64,000 bases of DNA from Acholeplasmataceae bacterium (lineage in GTDB: Bacteria > Bacillota_I > Bacilli_A > Acholeplasmatales > Acholeplasmataceae). Shown piece after piece: positions 56,563 through 64,000 of this stretch. The stretch covers positions 832,001 to 896,000 of the forward strand of contig OY775910.1 in assembly GCA_963675245.1 (NCBI GenBank). Direction: 5' to 3'. The position numbers were made by a program, and so were the translations under genes. Positions within the stretch are counted from its first letter, which is position 1; the number at the start of each line of letters is the position of its first letter. The notes beneath the pieces were generated by a model. That model was not told where the DNA came from. It made no database searches and saw only the letters and a list, made by a program, of their open reading frames with translations.

Positions 56563-59436
56563 ATGAGAAAATACATTTATGGATTTGTTTTAATGGCTAT
56601 GATGGTATTAGGACTAGCTGCATGTACACCTGCAGAAGAACTTGCACCAGTACTCACCATCACAAGCGAACAGGAAGTTGTCATTGGCGTAGATGATAGT
56701 TACACACTAGTTTATACAGTTGATGAAAATACACAATCAGTTACTGTAACAGTATCAGAAGTCGATGGCGGAACTTCAGGTGTTTATAATGAAAGCACAA
56801 AAGTGTTTACTGCTTCTGAAGGTGGCGTTTATACATTGACAGTAGTAGCAACCAATATTGAAAAAACAGCAACTGATTCAGTTACTATAACAGTCAATGA
56901 TGAACTTCCAGTGATTTCATTTGAAGAAGGCGCATTAGATGAGTATGAGGTGAACCAAGGTGAAAACTTGACACTTCCAAGTGCGACTGCTAAAGATGCT
57001 TTAGATGTTGATTTAACTATTACTGTTACAGTTGATAGTGATGATGCGTCTGTAACACTTGTTGAAGGTTCATATATATTTACGTCTAACGTTGCAGGAG
57101 ACTATGTTGTTTCTTATAGTGCTGATGATGCCTATAATCAAAATGTGACTGAAACGATAGATATATTTGTAGCACCAACATCTGATCCAGTGATTTCATA
57201 TCAGGATGGCAAACTTGATGTGTATGAAACTTCAGTGGGAACTGAATTAACATTACCAAGTGCAACTGCACTTGATGGTGTAGGGGCTGATGTAGCACTT
57301 GAAGTGTATCCAACCCAACAACGTGGTGTGACATTCGAACAAAATGAAGATGATACATTTAGTTTTATTGCTGATGTCGCAGGCACGCATGTCATATCAT
57401 ATTATGCAGAAGATCAATATGGTAATTATGTCGAAGAGTTTATTGAAGTTGAAGTTTCTCCAGCAACTGCAGAAACTGAACTGACAAACGATGCAAGTCA
57501 TATTGAAAATCTTGCGACGTCTGGATTACTCTATCAAGAAAATTTCTCTGATGGATATAATAGTGATTTAGCAAAAGGTTTGGTTTGGGATGGCATTGTT
57601 AAACTTTATATTGATGGTGGCGCAAACGCGATCAGTGGAAACTCACTTATCTTTGATTATTCTGATGCAACAGCAACAACAAACACACAAATTTTCTTTG
57701 GTGCATTAGACAGCTATATTCAATCTGGCAGATGGGAAATATCATTTGATGTTAAGATTATTGAAGGTAACGCACCAAATTTCTATGTATCATTTATTTT
57801 TGAAGGTGATAATAGTGGTGATAATTTAGCTTATGCATTAACACCAGGTGAAACGACACATATCTCATATAATTATATAAAATCATTCGATAGTACTAAG
57901 ACATGGTATTTAAGATTATTTACATATACTGGAGATACAAGCTTTGATTATGATGGATTAAAACTTGCACTTGATAATTTTGAATTAAAGTGGACTGAAG
58001 TAGTAGATCCTACTGTTCAAAGAACTGGCACACCAGTTGCGTTAACACAAGAAATGTTAGATGGTGAAGGTTATACATTAACAGGTACTGAAGAAAACTT
58101 CACATCATTAAGCGGTAGTGGAGTTCCAACTTGGGTTAATATCAATCAACTTGTTGAAGGTGATATTTTAACTCCAGAACAAGCAGCGTTATTAACATCA
58201 GAAAATGGCTTTAATAGTGATTATGCTATTCGAGCATCGACACAACAAGTTTATTTAGACTCATTAAGAGGATTATTAACAGATCCTGACTACATTTATA
58301 CAGTCACATATAAAGTATATTCACCAACAACAGATAGCTGGTATTTCTGGATTGCAAAAGAAGATACATCTCAAGCGTTTGCTCAAGGTATGCCAGGAGA
58401 AGCGGGTCTTAAAGAATTCACACATTCTTTATTCGGAGACCCACAGTATTATCATGTTGGATTATATTCAGGTGGTATTCAAGAATTATTGATTGGTGAT
58501 ATAACAATTTCTAGAGAATTATATGTACCATCTACTACGACACCTAATGGCAATGAAATTGGCGATACATGGCAAGAAACCTCATTCTTACAAGAAGTCG
58601 TTGCAGCATCTTCAGTAGATATCGGTGATGGCGTATTATTAAATACTGTATCTGGTTTTGAAGGTGATGTTATGGCATTAGTTGATTCATCAGATACAAC
58701 AGATAAAAATGTTGTCGCATTTAATGGATCTACTATATTTGAAACAGTCGGCACTTATACGGTTACATTAAATCTATATGTGGTTAGTTTATCAGGCGGA
58801 CCACTTATGGTTAATCTTGACAATCAAGTCTTTGACGCATTAACGATTGATGGTACTGGTGCTATACAAGTAGAATACGAAATAACGGGTAGAACAGTTA
58901 ATTTCTTCTCCTTATATACACAAGGAGGTACTTTGGCAGAAGTCTATTTATCAGCAGTTAATATTGAATTATCAAGTATTCCTGTCACAACACCTAATGG
59001 CAATGAAATTGGCGATACATGGCAAGAAACCTCATTCTTACAAGAAGTCGTTGCAGCATCTTCAGTAGATATCGGTGATGGCGTATTATTAAATACTGTA
59101 TCTGGTTTTGAAGGTGATGTTATGGCATTAGTTGATTCATCAGATACAACAGATAAAAATGTTGTCGCATTTAATGGATCTACTATATTTGAAACAGTCG
59201 GCACTTATACGGTTACATTAAATCTATATGTGGTTAGTTTATCAGGCGGACCACTTATGGTTAATCTTGACAATCAAGTCTTTGACGCATTAACGATTGA
59301 TGGTACTGGTGCTATACAAGTAGAATACGAAATAACGGGTAGAACAGTTAATTTCTTCTCCTTATATACACAAGGAGGTACTTTGGCAGAAGTCTATTTA
59401 TCAGCAGTTGATGTTGAATTAACAGCAATAAATTAA
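56563..59436 (+). CDS. Acidic surface lipoprotein with Ig-like domains and a duplicated C-terminal module
   Basis: Lipobox LAAC; repeated LTLPSATA.D Ig-like units; two 140-aa identical C-terminal units. Confidence 0.8.
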   Translation: MRKYIYGFVLMAMMVLGLAACTPAEELAPVLTITSEQEVVIGVDDSYTLVYTVDENTQSVTVTVSEVDGGTSGVYNESTKVFTASEGGVYTLTVVATNIEKTATDSVTITVNDELPVISFEEGALDEYEVNQGENLTLPSATAKDALDVDLTITVTVDSDDASVTLVEGSYIFTSNVAGDYVVSYSADDAYNQNVTETIDIFVAPTSDPVISYQDGKLDVYETSVGTELTLPSATALDGVGADVALEVYPTQQRGVTFEQNEDDTFSFIADVAGTHVISYYAEDQYGNYVEEFIEVEVSPATAETELTNDASHIENLATSGLLYQENFSDGYNSDLAKGLVWDGIVKLYIDGGANAISGNSLIFDYSDATATTNTQIFFGALDSYIQSGRWEISFDVKIIEGNAPNFYVSFIFEGDNSGDNLAYALTPGETTHISYNYIKSFDSTKTWYLRLFTYTGDTSFDYDGLKLALDNFELKWTEVVDPTVQRTGTPVALTQEMLDGEGYTLTGTEENFTSLSGSGVPTWVNINQLVEGDILTPEQAALLTSENGFNSDYAIRASTQQVYLDSLRGLLTDPDYIYTVTYKVYSPTTDSWYFWIAKEDTSQAFAQGMPGEAGLKEFTHSLFGDPQYYHVGLYSGGIQELLIGDITISRELYVPSTTTPNGNEIGDTWQETSFLQEVVAASSVDIGDGVLLNTVSGFEGDVMALVDSSDTTDKNVVAFNGSTIFETVGTYTVTLNLYVVSLSGGPLMVNLDNQVFDALTIDGTGAIQVEYEITGRTVNFFSLYTQGGTLAEVYLSAVNIELSSIPVTTPNGNEIGDTWQETSFLQEVVAASSVDIGDGVLLNTVSGFEGDVMALVDSSDTTDKNVVAFNGSTIFETVGTYTVTLNLYVVSLSGGPLMVNLDNQVFDALTIDGTGAIQVEYEITGRTVNFFSLYTQGGTLAEVYLSAVDVELTAIN
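58540..59409 (+). repeat. Exact 420-bp tandem duplication (period 450 bp)
   Basis: 58540-58959 is identical to 58990-59409 by direct reading. Confidence 0.93.
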
Positions 59437-59502
59437 TCATGTATGGGTATCCCATAACAGGAGATGCTATGGGATACCTTTCATCTTTTTAGAGGTAATC
59501 TT

Positions 59503-60990
59503 TTGACTATATTTGGAGAATTAAAAAGAAGAATAAAACTGAATAAAAATAGACTAAAAGATCCCACATATTGTGCGCCACTCATATTTGATCAAAATCA
59601 TGAATGGCCTGGTGATTGGCAAGGGAGAGCTATTTTAGCATTGGCTAATCATTATGCTGTCTCAACAAATTATGATGACAAAATATCAATTAAAAATCAA
59701 CTAGATGATATCATAACACAATTAAAAAACCATTTGAATAAAGATGGTTATTTTGGACCTTTATTAGACTTGAATCGAATTAACGAACAGCAAATTGCTG
59801 GAAACAGTTGGTTCTTAAGAGGACTTTGCGAATATCAAATTCTCTTTAGGGATCAGTATTCAAAGAGATTGATTCATCAAATTGTTGATCACTATTTATT
59901 AAAACTTGTTGATGCATATCAAACATATCCTAATATCAAAAGAGAAGATGGTGGTGTCGGAGGTCATTTATTGAAAATGACATATAATCACTGGCAGCTA
60001 TCCTCAGATGTAGGTTGTGCTTTTATAATGTTGGATGGTGTTTCACAAGTATATGAAATTACACGCGATCATCGATTAGTGCAATTAATCAATGTGATGA
60101 TTAAAAATTTCATGACATTGGATTTATTAGCGTCAAACTGTCAAACCCATGCAACTTTATCTGCTACCCGTGGCATGATGCGTTATTATAGACTCACAAA
60201 AAATGAGAGTATTCTTTCCCGTGTCATTAAAGTGTTTACATTATATGTTAATGAAGGCATGACGATTAATTACGCAAACATTAATTGGTTTGGTAAATCT
60301 TCATGGACCGAACCTTGTGCTGTCGTAGATAGTTTTATTTTAGCAAAGCAGTTATATGAAGTAACAAATAAGTACGATTATTTAGAACTCATGAATCGTA
60401 TTTATTATAATGCAATTTTAGTGGGTCAAAGAAGTAATGGTGGTGCTGGATGTGAAACATGTCTTTTATCGCATGATGATGAGTTTAAGATTCATACTTA
60501 TGAGGCTTATTTCTGTTGTAGCATGCGTCTAGCGGAAGGTTTAAGAGAAGTAGCTGATAGTATCATGATTGCAAACGCTAATGGTGTTACGTTAGCCATT
60601 ATGAATTCCATTAAGAAGTATCAAATATATCGTCATAACATCGAAATTTATGTCAACTTTAAAAAAGGTACGATATCAACACTTAATATTCGCATTAATA
60701 ATCCTCAACACATTGAAGGTGAGTTAGGCATCTATCTTCCAAAAGGAACGATGGTAGTATCTGCATCATCCGTATTATCTAAAGATGATTTAATACACAT
60801 CCCATTTACAACGACACACTTTGTACTGAACTTCAAGTATGTTTCAAGAATAGAGACAATTAAAAGCGTGAATGTTCAAATGCTTGGTGATTATATTTTG
60901 ATGACATCACAGAGTCACAAGCATTCTCATATGACAGATTATACACAACTCAGCGAGGAACAAGCACTTAAGGATATTCAAAAGCTATAA
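59503..60990 (+). CDS. GH127-like (beta-L-arabinofuranosidase-related) glycoside hydrolase
   Basis: WPGDWQGR, QTHATL, WTEPC, EAYFCCSMR; start is TTG 59503 (SD AGAGGT) or ATG 59464. Confidence 0.7.
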   Translation: MTIFGELKRRIKLNKNRLKDPTYCAPLIFDQNHEWPGDWQGRAILALANHYAVSTNYDDKISIKNQLDDIITQLKNHLNKDGYFGPLLDLNRINEQQIAGNSWFLRGLCEYQILFRDQYSKRLIHQIVDHYLLKLVDAYQTYPNIKREDGGVGGHLLKMTYNHWQLSSDVGCAFIMLDGVSQVYEITRDHRLVQLINVMIKNFMTLDLLASNCQTHATLSATRGMMRYYRLTKNESILSRVIKVFTLYVNEGMTINYANINWFGKSSWTEPCAVVDSFILAKQLYEVTNKYDYLELMNRIYYNAILVGQRSNGGAGCETCLLSHDDEFKIHTYEAYFCCSMRLAEGLREVADSIMIANANGVTLAIMNSIKKYQIYRHNIEIYVNFKKGTISTLNIRINNPQHIEGELGIYLPKGTMVVSASSVLSKDDLIHIPFTTTHFVLNFKYVSRIETIKSVNVQMLGDYILMTSQSHKHSHMTDYTQLSEEQALKDIQKL

Positions 60991-61020
60991 AAAAGACAGT
61001 TTCATAGACTGTCTTTTTTT
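60990..61020. terminator. Bidirectional terminator
   Basis: AAAAAGACAGT...ACTGTCTTTTTT between convergent genes. Confidence 0.8.
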
Positions 61021-61032
61021 ATTTCATCAACA

Positions 61033-62241
61033 CTAACTATCTTTAATCTTGCTTGCTTTCAATGTCTCACAAAATTGAATGGTTGAAAATATATCTTTAT
61101 TATCTAAATAATTATAAATAGTTATAATCGATTGAATATCTTTTTTATCAGTCATGCCTGTATAAGTTATAATTGCTTGTCTTAAGTCAGACTTAGCATC
61201 ATGATAAACAGATTGACTGGATAAGTCATCTTCCTGCTTAAAGAGTAATGCGCCAGCTATACCAATCAATAAAAATGAATAAGGGACCTGATGCTTTTTA
61301 CAGAGATTTATTGAACCTGTGATACGATCATTTGGTGCAAGTTTTCTTTTTGGATCCCTGCCAACCCTAGCAATAGTATCTTTTAACTTATGATTATTAA
61401 AACGGTAAATCAATCGATCATAAAATTGAATCAATTCCTTTAATGGAAAATCACCAGCAGAAATAGCTTGAGCGGATTCTATACCACATGAATAGGTACA
61501 GTACTTAATCTCTGAGTCATTGATTGCCTCATGAATATATTGATAACCCTTTAGTGCACCTAAATATGCGGTAACGGCATGACCCATGTTATGCATAAAC
61601 AATTTTCTTTGAATATATGCTTCAAAAGGTGCATAAGCAATCATGTTTCTAATTTTTGGTATATCGCCAACATAACCATCTTTATCAGTATGTAGAATTT
61701 CAAATTCTTCGACCGTAATATCTGTTGGGTATTTTTGTTCTGACATCACCGGAACCATTCTTCCTATTGATGCTTCAACCAAACCAACTTTAGATAATAT
61801 ATGTTTTGCATCAGATTTTAGTTCTATTGATAACAAATCTTTCATATATGTATTAACATACATGAGATTCTCGCATAGTAAAATATTAAGGACATTTTTC
61901 TTATCTTTATCTCTTAACAATAAACCTTTTGCGATAAGCGGTGTTATATATTTAATAATATTCGCACCAACAGCAGTAGCCATAATATCGCAATCTGCAA
62001 TTTTCTTAATGGCTTGCTCCTCGTTGGTTATTGTATTAATAGCACGAATGTTTTTGATAGTTATTTGGTTTGTTTGATGGTTTGAAACAGTGGTAACTGT
62101 ATATTGCTTATCTTTATTTAATGTATTAATGATCGCATCATTAATGTCTAAAAAGATAACTTCATAACCAGACTGTGATAATAACTGACCAATGAAACCT
62201 CTACCTATATTTCCTGCACCATACATCACGGCTTTTTTCAT
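61033..62241 (-). CDS. Mannitol-1-phosphate 5-dehydrogenase family protein
   Basis: YGAGNIGRGF, TAVG, LCEN, GRMVP, RKLFMHNMGH, RVGRDPKRKL. Confidence 0.85.
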   Translation of the reverse strand: MKKAVMYGAGNIGRGFIGQLLSQSGYEVIFLDINDAIINTLNKDKQYTVTTVSNHQTNQITIKNIRAINTITNEEQAIKKIADCDIMATAVGANIIKYITPLIAKGLLLRDKDKKNVLNILLCENLMYVNTYMKDLLSIELKSDAKHILSKVGLVEASIGRMVPVMSEQKYPTDITVEEFEILHTDKDGYVGDIPKIRNMIAYAPFEAYIQRKLFMHNMGHAVTAYLGALKGYQYIHEAINDSEIKYCTYSCGIESAQAISAGDFPLKELIQFYDRLIYRFNNHKLKDTIARVGRDPKRKLAPNDRITGSINLCKKHQVPYSFLLIGIAGALLFKQEDDLSSQSVYHDAKSDLRQAIITYTGMTDKKDIQSIITIYNYLDNKDIFSTIQFCETLKASKIKDS

Positions 62242-62262
62242 ATATACCTTTCAACTAAACAA

Positions 62263-64000
62263 TTAGACACCTTTTTTGGCTTTCCTTAATTGTTCAGCCA
62301 CAGAATTGTTTTGTTTACTGACATGTCCTTTTAAAGGTAGAATCTTATCATTGATAGCGTCGATAATCCAATCTGCTTGAGGGAAGAAGGTAGCATCAAA
62401 TTCATACGGTGGTGTTATCCAATTCTTTGCACCTACAACAACTGGTGGACCATCTAAATAATCAAATGCCATTTCTGAAATGTTTCTTGCAAAATCATTT
62501 AAGATGGAACCTCTTGCACACGCATCACTTGCTAAAACAATTCGCCCTGTTTTTTTAACAGATTCAATGACTTGTTCATAATTAAAAGGAACGATACTTC
62601 TAGCATCAATCACTTCAGCAGAAACACCATATGTTTCTTCTAATTGTTTAGCCGCTTCCATCGCGTGATATAAGGTTGCACCAATGGTTAAGATTGTGAC
62701 ATCGGAACCTACACGTTTAATGTTTGGTTCACCAAGTGCAATTTCATAATATTCTTCTGGCACACCTGAATCAACAAACTCCTCGCCTTTGTCATATATT
62801 CTTTGTGACTCAAAGAAGACCACTGGATCAGTACCATTGAGTGCGGCATTCATCATACCTTTTGCATCATATGGAGTCACAGGAAATGCTACTTTTAATC
62901 CAGGTACATGAGCCGGTAGCGCTACCCAGTCTTGAGAATGTTGGGCACCATATTTAGAACCAATAGATACTCTTAAAATGACAGGCATCTTTAAGACACC
63001 ACTACTCATCGCTTGCCATTTAGCAAGTTGGTTAAATATTTCATCACCTGCACGTCCCATAAAGTCGGCATACATCAGTTCAATGATGACACGACCACCA
63101 CTTAATCCATAACCAACAGCAGTTGAGACAATCGCTGCTTCAGATATTGGACTATTGAATAATCTATGATAAGGAAGTGCTTCAGTTAAACCTCTGTAAA
63201 CAGCGAATGCGCCACCCCAGTCTCTCACATCTTCACCATAGGAAATCAGTGTTGGATCTTTATAGAAACGGTCGATAATCGCTTCAAAAAGACCATCTCT
63301 GATATTGTATTGTTTTATTTTAGGAATCAATTTACCTTGTTCATCATACGCATAACGAACACGTGATTTAAGTAATTTAACACGGGGGTTTTCTTCATAT
63401 GGTAATAAGAAATCACCTTTTCTAGTAGTGTCAAAAGATTCAACAGCACCATTGCTAAACATAAGTGATTCTACGTAATGAGGATTTTGATCTAAATCAA
63501 GATATGGTGATTTTTCAATATCAGAAGCGACTAAGAATAAGCGATACATTCTATCTTTAACGGCATTTAGGATATCTTCAAATTCACTATCTTTTGCAAT
63601 TTTAGCATCTACAAGTTCTTTTCTAAATGTAATCAGTGGATCGATTGCTTCCCACGCATCAATTTCTTCCTTTGTACGATAACTCATCGCGTCTGATGGT
63701 GAATGTCCACCAAATCGATAAGTGACGACATCTAAGAAAACAGGTCCTTTACCTTCTTTGATAATTTCCATTTTACGTTTATAAGCATCAATCACTGCTA
63801 ACACATTAAACCCATTGATGCGTTCTGTGTGTAATTGGGTTGGACTAATTCCTGCACCAAGTCGAGCAACGAAATCATTAGCCATCGTTTCGCCTCTGGT
63901 TTGACCACCCATACCATATCCGTTATTAAATATATTAAAGATGATTGGAAGACCACTTTGTTCATCCCATAGTTGTGTGAATTGATCCATTGCTGCAAAG
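62263..64000 (-). CDS. Fused alpha/beta TPP-dependent 2-oxoacid-dehydrogenase-type E1 (5' end outside window)
   Basis: Alpha-type NNGYGM and YRFGGHSPSD joined in frame to beta-type GEDVRDWGGAF, SPISE, GAQHSQ; frame stays open to the window edge. Confidence 0.88.
   Translation of the reverse strand, partial: FAAMDQFTQLWDEQSGLPIIFNIFNNGYGMGGQTRGETMANDFVARLGAGISPTQLHTERINGFNVLAVIDAYKRKMEIIKEGKGPVFLDVVTYRFGGHSPSDAMSYRTKEEIDAWEAIDPLITFRKELVDAKIAKDSEFEDILNAVKDRMYRLFLVASDIEKSPYLDLDQNPHYVESLMFSNGAVESFDTTRKGDFLLPYEENPRVKLLKSRVRYAYDEQGKLIPKIKQYNIRDGLFEAIIDRFYKDPTLISYGEDVRDWGGAFAVYRGLTEALPYHRLFNSPISEAAIVSTAVGYGLSGGRVIIELMYADFMGRAGDEIFNQLAKWQAMSSGVLKMPVILRVSIGSKYGAQHSQDWVALPAHVPGLKVAFPVTPYDAKGMMNAALNGTDPVVFFESQRIYDKGEEFVDSGVPEEYYEIALGEPNIKRVGSDVTILTIGATLYHAMEAAKQLEETYGVSAEVIDARSIVPFNYEQVIESVKKTGRIVLASDACARGSILNDFARNISEMAFDYLDGPPVVVGAKNWITPPYEFDATFFPQADWIIDAINDKILPLKGHVSKQNNSVAEQLRKAKKGV

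Noticed and set aside
1836..63998. Short overlapping ORFs in the track (e.g. 1836-2018, 4444-4662, 4612-4917, 6059-6274, 10797-11222, 15437-15742, 48922-49233, 58479-58754, 63798-63998)
   Set aside because: Antisense or out-of-frame shadows of well-supported genes, with no recognisable motifs
1..64000. CRISPR array, cas genes or rRNA
   Set aside because: No regularly spaced repeat-spacer pattern, Cas motif or rRNA-like sequence seen

Overview
AT-rich bacterial chromosomal window using the standard code (TGA = stop). The gene content (two-lipoyl PdhC, many lipoproteins with InlB B-repeats) suggests an Acholeplasmatales/Izemoplasmatales-type mollicute; this is inference only. From left to right it holds: a complete ISL3 element with an 8-bp target duplication; a GGDEF gene; feoAB; MscS; a decarboxylase plus agmatinase; a pdhABCD operon interrupted by an IS110 element; tRNA-Thr(CGT) followed by an integrase-less defence island (HEPN protein, four-gene type II CBASS with a 2TM-SAVED effector, TIGR02391 protein); a Cu-ATPase/two-component locus; a serC-like/serA-like/DUF1015-GdhA-fusion operon; a ~21 kb glycan-utilisation locus; and a truncated fused E1 dehydrogenase with a mannitol-1-P-dehydrogenase-family gene. 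Three observations stand out. (1) The IS110 non-coding end contains all four bridge-RNA guide segments, matching its own ends and its target, which is the RBS/start-codon junction of lpdA. (2) The defence modules are separated by progressively degenerate copies of the tRNA-3'-end att site, like a cassette array. (3) DUF1015 is fused in frame to glutamate dehydrogenase in a serine-pathway operon. All family calls come from reading motifs by eye; no database searches were run.
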